Source of the DNA: Thalassolituus sp. UBA674
Lineage (GTDB): Bacteria > Pseudomonadota > Gammaproteobacteria > Pseudomonadales > Oceanobacteraceae
Reading direction: 5' to 3'
Assembly (NCBI GenBank): GCA_002298335.1
Contig: DBNK01000033.1
Location: 7,828-71,827, forward strand
Length of the DNA: 64,000 nucleotides
Shown here: positions 21,402-32,112 of the stretch, in pieces
How positions within the stretch are numbered: the first letter of the stretch is position 1
Layout: each line of letters begins with the position of its first letter
Program-made: the position numbers and the translations under genes
The notes under the pieces: generated by a model
What the model saw: the letters and a program-made list of their open reading frames with translations, nothing else
The model's database searches: none
What the model was told of the DNA's origin: nothing

Positions 21402-22212
21402 GGTCGGCTCCGGACATAAGTTCTTTGCGGTAATCTTCGGCGGGATAATGGAAGGGCACCGGGCCGTCCGGGTCGCCATTGAGGAACTGACGCACTTCCG
21501 GGTTACCGTCGTGTTTGAGTTCTTCCGGAGTACCGAAACCTATCATCTTGCCACCGGACAGGATGCACAGGTAATCAGCAATGGAGCAGGATTCTTCGAC
21601 ATCGTGAGAGACCAGCAGGCTGGTCAGCCCGAGCGTCTGATTAAGACCGCGGATCAGGCGGATGATCATGCCCATGGAAATCGGATCAAGACCGGTGAAG
21701 GGCTCGTCGTACATCACCAGTTCCGGGTCCATGGCGATGGTCCGTGCCAGTGCAACGCGGCGTACCATACCGCCGGACAACTCGGCCGGCATCAGATCAC
21801 GGGCACCGCGCAGGCCGACCGCTTCGAGCTTCATCAGCACCAGGTCGCGGATCATGGATTCCGGCAGGTCGGTATGAACACGCAGCGGAAACGCCACGTT
21901 CTCGAACACGCTGATATCCGTGAACAGACCGCTGGTCTGAAACAGCATGCCCATTTTGTCTTTACGCAGATCAAACAGCTCGCTGCGGGTCATTTTGCCA
22001 ACGTCGCGGCCATCCACCTCAACAGTGCCCTGCTCGGCGCGCAGCTGACCACCAATCATACGCAGCATGGTGGTTTTACCGGTGCCACTCGGGCCCATGA
22101 TGGCGGTGACTTTACCCCGCGGAAACGCAACGTTCAGGCCGTCATAGATCCTGCGGCTGCCGCGACTGAACACCACGTCGCGCAGCTCTACATGTGTACT
22201 GCTGCCGGACAT
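21394..22212 (-). CDS. mlaF: Mla ABC transporter ATP-binding protein MlaF
   Basis: Walker A GPSGTGKTT, signature LSGGMVRRV, Walker B LVMYDEP. Confidence 0.93.
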   Translation of the reverse strand: MSGSSTHVELRDVVFSRGSRRIYDGLNVAFPRGKVTAIMGPSGTGKTTMLRMIGGQLRAEQGTVEVDGRDVGKMTRSELFDLRKDKMGMLFQTSGLFTDISVFENVAFPLRVHTDLPESMIRDLVLMKLEAVGLRGARDLMPAELSGGMVRRVALARTIAMDPELVMYDEPFTGLDPISMGMIIRLIRGLNQTLGLTSLLVSHDVEESCSIADYLCILSGGKMIGFGTPEELKHDGNPEVRQFLNGDPDGPVPFHYPAEDYRKELMSGADHA

Positions 22213-22417
22213 TATTGAACTCTGTTATCTGTCAGTGGCAAGCAGAATAGCGGAATGCGTGCGGCGAACCAACCAGATTCTCGGCAGTCAGTGTTCTGCT
22301 GGTGCAACAGCTGCGCAGCCCTGCCAGAGCCGTTGTAATTGCGTGCAGGAATCGCTCCGGTACAATGCGGGCTGTTTTTCCGGGCCGGAAACGGCCCCTG
22401 AAATTGTGGAGCCTTAT

Positions 22418-23377
22418 ATGATCCTTGAAATCGGTGCTGTACTTGCCGGACTGGTACTGCTGGTCTGGAGTGCCGATCAGTTTGTTGTGGGTGCCGCTGC
22501 CACGGCCCGCCATCTGGGTATGTCACCCCTGCTGGTTGGCCTGACCATCGTTTCTATCGGCACTTCAGCGCCGGAGATGTTTGTCTCCGCCATGGCTGCG
22601 CTGGATAACGCCGGCAATCTTGCCATCGGTAATGCCATCGGCTCCAACATCACCAATATCGGGCTGGTGCTGGGCATCACGGCCTTGATAGCTCCCATTC
22701 CTATCCAGAAGCAGATGATGAAAAAAGAGCTGCCGCTGCTGCTGGTTGTCAGTGTCATCGGCGGACTGGTGCTGCTGGATCTGAGCCTGAACCTGATGGA
22801 CTCCATGATTCTGCTGGCGGCATTCCTGATCAGCATGTTCATTCTGTTCCGCTTTCAGGGTGACAGTGGCGAGCCGGCAATGGATGAGGAAGAGGCTGAA
22901 GCCATTGAACACACCAGCACCGCCAAGGCCCTGGTACTTCTTGTCGCCGGTCTGGCGGTACTCATGGTCAGCTCCAAACTGCTGGTCTGGGGTGCCACCG
23001 GCATCGCCCAGACGCTGGGCGTGAGTGATCTGGTGATCGGTCTGACCATTGTCGCCATCGGTACCAGCCTGCCGGAGCTGGCCGCATCCGTTGCCAGCGC
23101 CCTGAAAGGTCATCACGACATTGCCATCGGTAACGTCATCGGCTCCAACCTGTTCAATCTGCTGATCGTCATGCCGGTACCGGGTCTCATTACCATCACC
23201 GCCGTGGAACCCGACGCCTTTAACCGGGACTATATGGTGATGATGGGCCTGACCACCGCCCTGATCCTGCTAATTATGCTTAACTTCAGAAATGGCAGGG
23301 TGGGACGTTTTTCCGGCGTACTCTTGACCGGCTCTTATGTGGCCTACCTTGCATCGCTGTTTATGGTGAACCAGTAA
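22418..23377 (+). CDS. yrbG: Ca2+/Na+ antiporter family protein (YrbG type)
   Basis: Start at MILEIGAVLAGLVLL. Two alpha-repeats (GTSAPEMFVS / GTSLPELAAS). Confidence 0.9.
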   Translation: MILEIGAVLAGLVLLVWSADQFVVGAAATARHLGMSPLLVGLTIVSIGTSAPEMFVSAMAALDNAGNLAIGNAIGSNITNIGLVLGITALIAPIPIQKQMMKKELPLLLVVSVIGGLVLLDLSLNLMDSMILLAAFLISMFILFRFQGDSGEPAMDEEEAEAIEHTSTAKALVLLVAGLAVLMVSSKLLVWGATGIAQTLGVSDLVIGLTIVAIGTSLPELAASVASALKGHHDIAIGNVIGSNLFNLLIVMPVPGLITITAVEPDAFNRDYMVMMGLTTALILLIMLNFRNGRVGRFSGVLLTGSYVAYLASLFMVNQ

Positions 23378-23380
23378 TTT

Positions 23381-24349
23381 ATGAATCTGTTTAATTTTAT
23401 CGAATCCGCCCGCCGTACCATCCAGCTCGAAGCGGAGTCAGTGACTCAGCTGGCGGATTACCTCGACGACGATTTCACCCACGCCTGTCAGCTGGTGATT
23501 CAGTGCCGTGGCCGCGTGGTCGTGACCGGCATGGGTAAGTCCGGCCACATCGGCACCAAAATCGCCGCGACTCTGGCCAGCACCGGCACCCCGGCGTTCT
23601 TCGTACACCCGGGTGAAGCCAGCCACGGCGACATGGGTATGATCACAGGGGCCGACGTGGTCATCGCGCTGTCGAACTCCGGTGAAACCAGCGAAGTCAC
23701 CAGCCTGCTGCCGCTGCTCAAACGTCTGGGCACCAAGCTGATCAGTATGACCGGCAAGCCGGAATCCACACTGGCCAAGGCCGCCGACAGCCATCTGTAC
23801 ACCGGTGTGGTGCAGGAAGCCTGCCCGCTGGATCTGGCGCCGACCTCTTCAACCACCTGTGCGCTGGTCATGGGCGATGCCCTGGCGATTGCCCTGCTGG
23901 AAGCCAAAGGCTTTACCGCCGAAGACTTTGCCTTCTCTCATCCGGGCGGCAGCCTTGGCCGCCGTCTGCTGCTGAAAGTCGAAGACATCATGCACAAAGG
24001 CGAGCAGATTCCTGTGGTCAGCCCGGAGGTCAGCCTGCCTCATGCACTGCTGGTCGCGACTTCCAAAGGTCTGGGGATGACCACAGTGAGCAATGCCGAT
24101 GGCAGTCTCGCCGGTATCTTCACCGACGGTGACTTACGCCGCGCCATTGATCATGGCATTGATATCCGCAACGTCACCATCAGTGACGTCATGACCAAGG
24201 GCTGCAAGACCATTGCCCCAGGTACACTCGCCGCCGAAGCACTGAAAGTGATGGAGGACAGCAAGATTAACGCCCTCGTGGTACAGGACAATGGCCGTAC
24301 CGTAGGCGTTATTAACATGCATGACCTGCTCCGGGCCGGTGTGATCTGA
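23381..24349 (+). CDS. kdsD: Arabinose-5-phosphate isomerase KdsD
   Basis: SIS domain (VTGMGKSGHIG) plus a CBS pair, 322 aa. Confidence 0.95.
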   Translation: MNLFNFIESARRTIQLEAESVTQLADYLDDDFTHACQLVIQCRGRVVVTGMGKSGHIGTKIAATLASTGTPAFFVHPGEASHGDMGMITGADVVIALSNSGETSEVTSLLPLLKRLGTKLISMTGKPESTLAKAADSHLYTGVVQEACPLDLAPTSSTTCALVMGDALAIALLEAKGFTAEDFAFSHPGGSLGRRLLLKVEDIMHKGEQIPVVSPEVSLPHALLVATSKGLGMTTVSNADGSLAGIFTDGDLRRAIDHGIDIRNVTISDVMTKGCKTIAPGTLAAEALKVMEDSKINALVVQDNGRTVGVINMHDLLRAGVI

Positions 24350-24903
24350 TGGTGCGTAAGCGCTATCTGTTACTGCTGCTGACAGCCTTCCTCGGCCTAG
24401 GCCTGCTGGCGCTGGACCGCTACACCCGCGGTCCGTCGCTGCTGGGCGGCGATCAGAAAGTGCGCGAAGCGGACTATTACGGCATCAACCTGATCAGTCA
24501 CCGTTATGCCGAAAGCGGTCTGTTGGGGGAAACCCTGTACGCCACACGCTCCGATCACTACCCGGACGAGAAAACCACCTATTTCGTTCAGCCGCGTCTG
24601 GTCACGCACCTGGATTCACCGACTACCCTGACCGCTGACAAAGGCCATCTGAAAGATGTCCGCGGTGTGCTGTTCCTCAACGGCCATGTCCGGCTGGAAT
24701 CCGAGTCTGCTCAGGGTGAACCTCTGCTGATGGTGACTGACAGCCTGATCTACAACAGTAAAACCCTGCGCGCCCGCACGGATGATCCGGTACGGATCAC
24801 AGGTCCGGGGACGCAGATTGAAGGCACCGGAATGCTGTATGATGTGCAACAGGAACGCCTGCAACTCAATTCAAAGGTAAAAACCCGCTATGAGCCGCAG
24901 TAA
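24349..24903 (+). CDS. lptC: LPS export protein LptC
   Basis: 184 aa with an N-terminal TM segment, in the conserved position before lptA. Its start overlaps the kdsD stop (TGATG). Confidence 0.85.
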   Translation: MVRKRYLLLLLTAFLGLGLLALDRYTRGPSLLGGDQKVREADYYGINLISHRYAESGLLGETLYATRSDHYPDEKTTYFVQPRLVTHLDSPTTLTADKGHLKDVRGVLFLNGHVRLESESAQGEPLLMVTDSLIYNSKTLRARTDDPVRITGPGTQIEGTGMLYDVQQERLQLNSKVKTRYEPQ

Positions 24904-25453
24904 AAGGCTGATCATCTCCCTGCTGGGTCTGGCTCCCCTGCTGATGCCTGTGAGCCTCCATGCCCTGCCGTCTGACTGGCAGCAGGAAGTCCTGATTGAA
25001 TCCAACGCCTCCGACATGGACCGCCGCAGCGGTACCGTTATATACAAAGGCAACGTCATCCTGACTCAGGGCACGCTGCGCATTGCTGCCGACCGCCTCT
25101 ACATTCTCAGCGATGGCCAGAAGATCGAGAAAATCGTGGCTGAAGGTTCAGAGAGTGAACCTGCGACCTACGAACAGCAGATTGAAGAAGACAAACCGCT
25201 GACCAAAGCCCACGGCAACCGCATAGATTATTACGCTGGTGAACGCCGGATCACGTTACGCGGCGATGCGGAGCTGAGCCAGCAGGGCAACCAGATGAAC
25301 GGTGACCTGATCACCTACGATATGGGCACAGAAACCATCAAAGCCCGGGGTTCTCAGGCAGATGATCCGGAAGTACCGGCGGAAGAATCAGCAGGCGATG
25401 GCCGTATCCGCGTCGTGATCCAGCCCGGGCAGCTGAAGGAAAACAATAACTGA
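24890..25453 (+). CDS. lptA: LPS transport periplasmic protein LptA
   Basis: Signal peptide plus an OstA-like fold ([35 protein letters not shown]). Confidence 0.9.
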   Translation: MSRSKRLIISLLGLAPLLMPVSLHALPSDWQQEVLIESNASDMDRRSGTVIYKGNVILTQGTLRIAADRLYILSDGQKIEKIVAEGSESEPATYEQQIEEDKPLTKAHGNRIDYYAGERRITLRGDAELSQQGNQMNGDLITYDMGTETIKARGSQADDPEVPAEESAGDGRIRVVIQPGQLKENNN

Positions 25454-26178
25454 TGAAAACCCTGAAAGCGCTGCATCTGGCCAAGAGCTACAACGGCCGT
25501 CAGGTGGTCAAAGACGTGTCAATGCAGGTCGAAAGTGGTCAGATTGTCGGTCTTCTGGGCCCCAACGGGGCAGGTAAGACCACCTGCTTCTACATGATCG
25601 TCAATCTGGTGCAGGCCGACAAAGGACAGATCCTGATCGATGACGAAGACATCAGCCACCTGCCCATGCACGGACGTGCACGCAAGGGCATCGGCTATCT
25701 GCCGCAGGAAGCCTCCATCTTCCGCAAACTCAGCGTCGCCGATAACATTCTGGCGATTCTGGAGACGCGCAAAGACCTCAACCGCAAGCAGCGGCTTGAG
25801 CAGCTGGAGCTGCTTCTGGACGAGTTTCATATCCAGCACATCCGTGACAGTGCCGGTATGGCGCTGTCCGGTGGTGAGCGGCGCCGGGTGGAAATTGCCC
25901 GGGCGTTGGCCGCCGAACCTTCCTTCATCCTGCTGGATGAACCCTTCGCCGGTGTTGACCCTATTTCTGTGTCTGACATCATGGACATTATCCGGCAGCT
26001 CAAAGCCCGGGGAATCGGCGTCCTGATCACAGATCACAATGTCCGTGAAACCCTGGCCATCTGTGAGCGTGCTTACATCGTCGGGGGCGGTCATATCATC
26101 GCCGACGGAACCGCCGACGACATCCTGGCCAACGAACAGGTCAGAAAAGTCTATCTGGGAGATGATTTCCGTCTGTAA
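25453..26178 (+). CDS. lptB: LPS export ABC transporter ATPase LptB
   Basis: Walker [10 protein letters not shown], signature [15 protein letters not shown], 241 aa. Confidence 0.97.
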   Translation: MKTLKALHLAKSYNGRQVVKDVSMQVESGQIVGLLGPNGAGKTTCFYMIVNLVQADKGQILIDDEDISHLPMHGRARKGIGYLPQEASIFRKLSVADNILAILETRKDLNRKQRLEQLELLLDEFHIQHIRDSAGMALSGGERRRVEIARALAAEPSFILLDEPFAGVDPISVSDIMDIIRQLKARGIGVLITDHNVRETLAICERAYIVGGGHIIADGTADDILANEQVRKVYLGDDFRL

Positions 26179-26316
26179 AACAACGGGTTATTTGTGCATA
26201 CTCGCAGGTAGAGCACAGCAAGATGTATTCCATGAGAAGCAACTTTGCCTATAATGCCTGATTATCTGCACCAGTTTTTTCGTGTTGTCAGTTACAGAAT
26301 CGGTACCTAAGCGTTT

Positions 26317-27840
26317 ATGAAGACATCGCTCCAGCTAAAAATGGGTCAGCAGCTGACCATGACGCCGCAACTGCAACAGGCTATCCGCCTGCTGCAGCTG
26401 TCGACTCTGGATCTGCAGCAGGAAATACAGCAGGCGCTGGATTCCAACCCCATGCTGGAAACCGATGAATTCGACGACGGCGATGGTCACGACAGCCAGG
26501 ACAATGATCACTCTGACCGTGATGATGACCAGCACATCGACAACGGCGACAAAGCCGAAGCCCCGGAACCCGATTACGACCCCAGCCCTGACCAGGACGA
26601 TGTAGACGCATCCTGGGAAGACAACAAGATGCCTGACGACCTGCCGGTCGACAGCCAGTGGGAAGACACCTACCAGATCAGCGCCGGAACCGGCTCAGCC
26701 TCCGCAGCTCCGGATGATGACGACGCCGATTACGACTCCCGTCACGCCAGCACCGACAGCCTGCAGGATCACCTGCTATGGCAGCTCAACCTGACGCCAA
26801 TGAGCGATACCGACCGCGAAATCGCCTTCATGCTGATCGACGGGGTTGATGACGACGGCTACCTGCACACCACCGCCGACGATATTCTCGAAAGTCTGGA
26901 CCCGGAACTGGGTGTCGAAGAAGACGAAGTGATGGCGGTCCTGCACCGTCTGCAACAGTTTGACCCGGCCGGCGTGTTTGCCGTAGATCTGCGCGATTGC
27001 CTGATGATTCAGCTCAAGCAGATGCCGCCCGGAACCCCCTGGCTGGAAGAAGCCAAAGCTGTGATTCAGGATCACATTGAGCTGCTCGGCAACCGTGACT
27101 ACCCGACCCTGATGCGCCGCACGCGCCTCAAAGAAGATTCACTCAAGTGCGTCCTGCGCCTGATCAAAGAACTCAACCCCAAGCCCGGGGCCAGCATTTC
27201 CACCAAACATTCTGAATACGTGATTCCCGATGTCATCGTGCGCAATGTGCGCGATGAATGGCGTGTGGAGCTCAACCCGGACATCGCTCCGCGACTGCGT
27301 GTGAATGCCGACTACGCGGCCCTGATCCGCCGCTCTGACAGCAGCTCCGAGAACTCTTTCCTCAAGGATCACCTGCAGGAAGCACGCTGGTTCATCAAGA
27401 GCCTGCAGAGCCGTAATGAAACCCTGCTGAAAGTGGCGACCAAGATCGTTGAGTATCAGATTGAGTTTTTTGAACGCGGAGAAGAAGGCATGAAGCCTCT
27501 GGTACTGCATGACATCGCCGAAGCTGTCGGCATGCATGAGTCCACCATTTCGCGGGTTACCACACAGAAGTACATGCACACCCCGCGCGGCATTTTCGAG
27601 CTGAAGTACTTTTTCTCCAGCCATGTCAGCACCGATGGCGGCGGCGAGTGTTCTTCCACGGCCATCCGCGCCATGATCAAAAAGCTGATTTCGGACGAAA
27701 ACGCGCGCAAACCGTTAAGTGACAACAAAATTGCCGCCATTCTGGGCGATCAGGGCATTCAGGTTGCCCGCCGTACCGTGGCAAAATACCGCGAAGCGAT
27801 GATGATTCCACCATCGAATGAGCGCAAGCAGTTAATCTGA
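26317..27840 (+). CDS. rpoN: RNA polymerase sigma-54 factor
   Basis: N-terminal Q-rich region I ([25 protein letters not shown]), an acidic region II, and the RpoN box ARRTVAKYR. Confidence 0.98.
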   Translation: MKTSLQLKMGQQLTMTPQLQQAIRLLQLSTLDLQQEIQQALDSNPMLETDEFDDGDGHDSQDNDHSDRDDDQHIDNGDKAEAPEPDYDPSPDQDDVDASWEDNKMPDDLPVDSQWEDTYQISAGTGSASAAPDDDDADYDSRHASTDSLQDHLLWQLNLTPMSDTDREIAFMLIDGVDDDGYLHTTADDILESLDPELGVEEDEVMAVLHRLQQFDPAGVFAVDLRDCLMIQLKQMPPGTPWLEEAKAVIQDHIELLGNRDYPTLMRRTRLKEDSLKCVLRLIKELNPKPGASISTKHSEYVIPDVIVRNVRDEWRVELNPDIAPRLRVNADYAALIRRSDSSSENSFLKDHLQEARWFIKSLQSRNETLLKVATKIVEYQIEFFERGEEGMKPLVLHDIAEAVGMHESTISRVTTQKYMHTPRGIFELKYFFSSHVSTDGGGECSSTAIRAMIKKLISDENARKPLSDNKIAAILGDQGIQVARRTVAKYREAMMIPPSNERKQLI

Positions 27841-27941
27841 CAACCGTGTTCTGCCCATCCGGGCCCGGCACGCCGAATTGCAATCCGGCCCTGTAGCACG
27901 CCGGAACATCAGGCCGAAAAGGCTTAATTAAGGAGAGTCGC

Positions 27942-28244
27942 TTGAATATCAACATCAGTGGTCACCATGTAGACATCACCGAAGCCATGCAGAGTTACGT
28001 CGAAGAGAAGCTGGCTAAACTGACCCGTCACTCCGACAGTATCACCACCGCCCAGGTCACCCTGACCGTCGAAAAAGACCGCAAAGTCGCCGAGGCTACG
28101 ATTCATGTCGCCGGCAGCGATCTGCATGCCCGTGCCGAAAACGACGACATGTACGCCGGAATCGATCAGATGACGGACAAACTGGACCGCCAGTTACTCA
28201 AGTACAAGGAAAAACGCGTGGCCCGTGACCACGGTCAGGGCTGA
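27942..28244 (+). CDS. hpf: Ribosome hibernation promoting factor (short HPF)
   Basis: 100 aa: MNINISGHHVDITEAMQSYVEEKL.... TTG start 7 nt after AAGGAGAG. Confidence 0.9.
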   Translation: MNINISGHHVDITEAMQSYVEEKLAKLTRHSDSITTAQVTLTVEKDRKVAEATIHVAGSDLHARAENDDMYAGIDQMTDKLDRQLLKYKEKRVARDHGQG

Positions 28245-28249
28245 ACCGC

Positions 28250-28714
28250 ATGTCCATTCAGATCAGCGACATCCTCACTCAGGAACAGACCCTGGCCGGA
28301 GTGGCGGTGTCGAGTAAGAAAAAGCTGCTGGAACTGCTGGCTTCAATGGTGGCAGAAACCATCGACAGTGCCAGTGCCGACGACGTGTATGAAAAACTGC
28401 TCAGCCGCGAACGCATGGGCAGTACCGGCATCGGCCACGGCATTGCCATCCCTCACTGCCGCCTGCTGACCTGCGAATCCGCCCTCGGCTTCCTGCTGCG
28501 TCTGGAAGAGCCGATCGACTATGACGCCATTGATGGCCGTCCGGTGGATCTGGTATTTGCTCTGGTCGTGCCGGAAGAATCCACCGACGAACACCTGCAG
28601 TTACTGGCCACGCTCGCCACCAACTTCAGTCAGTCGGCCTTCCGTGAAGCCCTGCGCTGTGCGCCGGACGTTTCACACCTGTATCAGCGTGCCATTGCCA
28701 CCCGGGAAAGCTGA
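28250..28714 (+). CDS. ptsN: PTS-Ntr enzyme IIA (PtsN)
   Basis: 154 aa with the active-site region GIGHGIAIPHCR. Confidence 0.93.
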   Translation: MSIQISDILTQEQTLAGVAVSSKKKLLELLASMVAETIDSASADDVYEKLLSRERMGSTGIGHGIAIPHCRLLTCESALGFLLRLEEPIDYDAIDGRPVDLVFALVVPEESTDEHLQLLATLATNFSQSAFREALRCAPDVSHLYQRAIATRES

Positions 28715-28716
28715 CC

Positions 28717-29568
28717 ATGAGACTGGTGGTGATCAGCGGACGATCCGGATCAGGTAAATCCACCGCACTCAATGTGCTGGAAGATATCGGCTTTTACTGC
28801 ATTGATAACCTGCCCATCGGTCTCCTGCCGGATCTGATCCGCGAGGCCGACGCCAACGACAAGCTCACCCGCATCGCCGTCAGTATCGACGCCCGTAACC
28901 TGGCTCACGCAGTGGGCCGCATCGATGAACTACTGAACGCCCTGCCGCATCCCTGCCAGATCGATGTGGTGTATCTGGACGCCAGCGACAGTGTGCTGAT
29001 GCAGCGCTTCAGTGCCACCCGCCGCAAACATCCGCTGACCCGCGAAGAAGTATCACTGGCCGAAGCCATTGAGCTGGAGAAGCAGCTGCTCGACCCACTG
29101 GCAAACATGGCCAACCTGACACTGGACACCACCAGTATGTCAGTCCACGAACTGCGCCGCCTGATTCATGTCCGCGTGGCGGAACGCAACGGCTCCGATA
29201 TGTCGATTCTGTTTGAGTCCTTCGGTTTCAAACACGGCATACCCACCGATGCCGACTATGTTTTCGATGTCCGCCACCTGCCTAACCCTTACTGGGACGA
29301 AACCCTGCGTGGCTACACAGGCATGGACGAACCGGTACAGATGTTTCTCAGCAGCTATGCTGAAGTGGCTGAAATGCGCGAATCCATTGCCGGATTCATG
29401 GATCACTGGATGCCGCATTTTATCCGTTCCAGCCGCAGCTATATGACCATCGCCATCGGCTGTACCGGCGGACAACACCGCTCAGTGTTCCTCACCGAAC
29501 AGCTGGCGGCCATTTTCAGACAGAAATACCGGCTGGTTCAGGTACGTCACCGCGAACTCGCCGACTGA
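28717..29568 (+). CDS. rapZ: RNase adapter protein RapZ
   Basis: Walker A SGRSGSGKSTAL with C-terminal ...IGCTGGQHRSV, 283 aa. Confidence 0.95.
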   Translation: MRLVVISGRSGSGKSTALNVLEDIGFYCIDNLPIGLLPDLIREADANDKLTRIAVSIDARNLAHAVGRIDELLNALPHPCQIDVVYLDASDSVLMQRFSATRRKHPLTREEVSLAEAIELEKQLLDPLANMANLTLDTTSMSVHELRRLIHVRVAERNGSDMSILFESFGFKHGIPTDADYVFDVRHLPNPYWDETLRGYTGMDEPVQMFLSSYAEVAEMRESIAGFMDHWMPHFIRSSRSYMTIAIGCTGGQHRSVFLTEQLAAIFRQKYRLVQVRHRELAD

Positions 29569-29585
29569 ACCGGATTGCTCATTCC

Positions 29586-29855
29586 ATGCTCACCGAACAG
29601 ATCACCATCATCAATAAACTGGGGCTGCATGCCCGCGCCGCCGCCAAGCTGGTTTCCACCGCCTCGGCGTTTTCCAGCCGTATCCGTCTCGGCCGCAATG
29701 GCAATATGGTTGACGGCAAAAGCATTATGTCGGTGATGATGCTGGCCGCCAGTCAGGGCACAGAACTGACCCTTGAAATCGACGGCAAAGACGAGCTCAG
29801 CGCCCTCGAAGCGGTCCGTGATCTGATCAACCGCCGCTTCGATGAAGAAGAATAA
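29586..29855 (+). CDS. ptsO: HPr-like phosphocarrier protein NPr
   Basis: 89 aa with NKLGLHARAAAKLV (phospho-His region). Confidence 0.9.
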   Translation: MLTEQITIINKLGLHARAAAKLVSTASAFSSRIRLGRNGNMVDGKSIMSVMMLAASQGTELTLEIDGKDELSALEAVRDLINRRFDEEE

Positions 29856-30040
29856 AACCCAGAATAAATATTGCTAAAACAGTATTTTATCGGAATTACT
29901 GCGAGTAATTTCGTGGTACTTGTTGTCTTATCTGGGCTAGAATCAGACTGATTCTGTTATCTTATCCGGAGACTCAGCGAAGAGAGTCTCTGTATCATCC
30001 GTAACACCGTCATTCATCAACCTGACTGTTTTTTTCTGCC

Positions 30041-31396
30041 ATGGCTCAGCACACAGAAAAATCGAAAGCAAAACTCAGGATTCTTAATGCAGCGCTGGAA
30101 AGCGGTGCACTGAGTCAGGTTGAGCGCATCCTCAATTCCGGTCTGCCGCCGGCTGATATCGCCCACCTGATCAATACCTCACCGCCCAAAGCGCGGAAGG
30201 TCATCTGGGATCTGGTCGACAAAGAGCTGGAAGGTGAAGTTCTCCAGTATCTGAGCGAAGAAAACCAGGCGCAGTTCCTCGCCGACTTCAGTACCGAAGA
30301 GCTGGTCGATCTGACCACCGAGCTCGACGACGATGACGTCGCCGACATTCTGCAGCAGCTGCCGGAACGGGTGACGCAGGAAGTTCTGGACTCGATGGAC
30401 ACCCAGGACAGAGCCCGTCTTGAGGCTGTTCTGGGCTATCCGGAGGACAGCGCCGGTGGTCTGATGAACACAGACACCGTGACCATCCGTCCGGATATCA
30501 CGCTTGAGGTGGTCCTGCGTTACCTGCGCCGTCACCGCTCACTGCCGGAGATGACTGACAGCCTGCTGGTGGTTAACCGCTCCAACGAATTTATCGGAAC
30601 CCTGCCCATCAGCAAGCTGCTGGTGAGCGATCCGCTGCAGACCGTGCGTGAAGTCATGTCGACCGAAGTCACCATCATCCCGGCGACCATGCACGACTCC
30701 GACGTTGCCAAGCTGTTCGAACGTCATGACCTGGTGTCCGCTCCGGTGGTCGATGCCAACGGCCAGCTGATCGGCCGTATCACCATCGATGACGTGGTTG
30801 ACGTTATCCGTGAAGCCGCGGACCACTCACTGATGAGCATGGCCGGTCTGGACGAAGAAGAAGACACCTTTGCCCCGGCTCTGAAGACCAGCCGCCGCCG
30901 TGCTGTGTGGCTCGGTATCAACCTGCTCACTGCGCTGGCAGCCTCAGCCGTGATCGGTCTGTTCGACAAAACCATCGAGCAGGTCGTGGCACTGGCGGTC
31001 CTCATGCCGATTGTTGCCAGTATGGGCGGCATTGCCGGTTCTCAGGTGCTGACGCTGGTGATCCGGGGTCAAGCACTGGGGCAGCTCAGTAATGCCAATT
31101 TCCGCTGGTTGTTCAACCGCGAAATTGCCGTAGCCGCCATCAACGGCGTACTCTGGGCTGTGGTCATCGCCCTGATCACGCTGGCCTGGTTCCAGGACCC
31201 TGGCATTGCTACCATTATCGGTGCCGCCATCATCATTAACCTGTTGATCGCCGCGATGACCGGTGCGGCCCTGCCGCTGCTGCTGAAAGTCTGGGGAATT
31301 GATCCGGCACTGGCCGGAGGTGTGATCCTCACCACAGTGACCGACATCGTCGGCTTTATGTCATTTCTGGGTCTGGCGACCCTGTTCTACCTCTGA
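30041..31396 (+). CDS. mgtE: Magnesium transporter MgtE
   Basis: 451 aa with an acidic N domain, a CBS pair and five C-terminal TM segments (...VTDIVGFMSFLGLATL). Confidence 0.95.
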   Translation: MAQHTEKSKAKLRILNAALESGALSQVERILNSGLPPADIAHLINTSPPKARKVIWDLVDKELEGEVLQYLSEENQAQFLADFSTEELVDLTTELDDDDVADILQQLPERVTQEVLDSMDTQDRARLEAVLGYPEDSAGGLMNTDTVTIRPDITLEVVLRYLRRHRSLPEMTDSLLVVNRSNEFIGTLPISKLLVSDPLQTVREVMSTEVTIIPATMHDSDVAKLFERHDLVSAPVVDANGQLIGRITIDDVVDVIREAADHSLMSMAGLDEEEDTFAPALKTSRRRAVWLGINLLTALAASAVIGLFDKTIEQVVALAVLMPIVASMGGIAGSQVLTLVIRGQALGQLSNANFRWLFNREIAVAAINGVLWAVVIALITLAWFQDPGIATIIGAAIIINLLIAAMTGAALPLLLKVWGIDPALAGGVILTTVTDIVGFMSFLGLATLFYL

Positions 31397-31406
31397 CGGA
31401 TACCTT

Positions 31407-31907
31407 ATGTACGACTCTGACGACGACGAAGATTTCGTCAGTAAATCCGAACTCAAACGCGAAATGCAGCGTTACCAGGATCTGGGTGAAACCCTGTGCA
31501 ACCTGCCGCCGAACCGCTGGCCCGGACTGCCGGTCAGCGACACCCTGCGCAACGCATTGGAAGAGAGCCGCCGTATCGGCAAGCACGAGGCGCGCCGCCG
31601 TCACTTCCAGTACGTTGGCAAGCTGATGCGCGATGAAAACATCGATGCTATTCAGGAAGCGGTGGACCTGCTCGATCCGTCCAGTGAAGCCTATGGCCGC
31701 CGTACCAAGCAGTACGAGCAGTGGCGTACCCGCCTGATTGATAAGCCTCAGGCCCTGTCTGAATTTCTGGATGAATTCCCGGAAACCGACCGTCAGCAGC
31801 TGCGTAATCTGGTGCGCAATGCCCAGAAAGAAATGTCGCAGCAGCCTCCTAAACCCGGTACCAGCTACAAGAAGCTCTATCAGCTGATCAAGGACTCAAT
31901 GGCCTGA
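31407..31907 (+). CDS. yjgA: Ribosome-associated protein YjgA (DUF615)
   Basis: 166 aa: SKSELKREMQRYQDLGETL...RRRHFQYVGKLMR, typical of DUF615. Confidence 0.85.
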   Translation: MYDSDDDEDFVSKSELKREMQRYQDLGETLCNLPPNRWPGLPVSDTLRNALEESRRIGKHEARRRHFQYVGKLMRDENIDAIQEAVDLLDPSSEAYGRRTKQYEQWRTRLIDKPQALSEFLDEFPETDRQQLRNLVRNAQKEMSQQPPKPGTSYKKLYQLIKDSMA

Positions 31908-32112
31908 GGAGAAGGCCTGAAGTGTCAGCAGACGGCCTGATAAACAGGACATATCCGGCCAGAGCTGAACGTCAGTTACAAAAGATTAAGACAACCCTCT
32001 TGCACATCAAACCCGGCTTCAGGTAACTTCCTTACTTAATTGTTTGTCCCGTTGGCCGTATGCCCACTGAGGGCGGCGGTCGTAACAATAATAAAAAACC
32101 GAGACCAACCCT

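Noticed and set aside
22213-22417. Structured element in the mlaF/yrbG divergent region (GGGCCG-gaaa-CGGCCC hairpin at ~22383-22398).
   Set aside because: It is a single short GNRA-capped hairpin in a 5' UTR. Nothing suggests a known riboswitch, and one 6-bp stem is not sufficient evidence.
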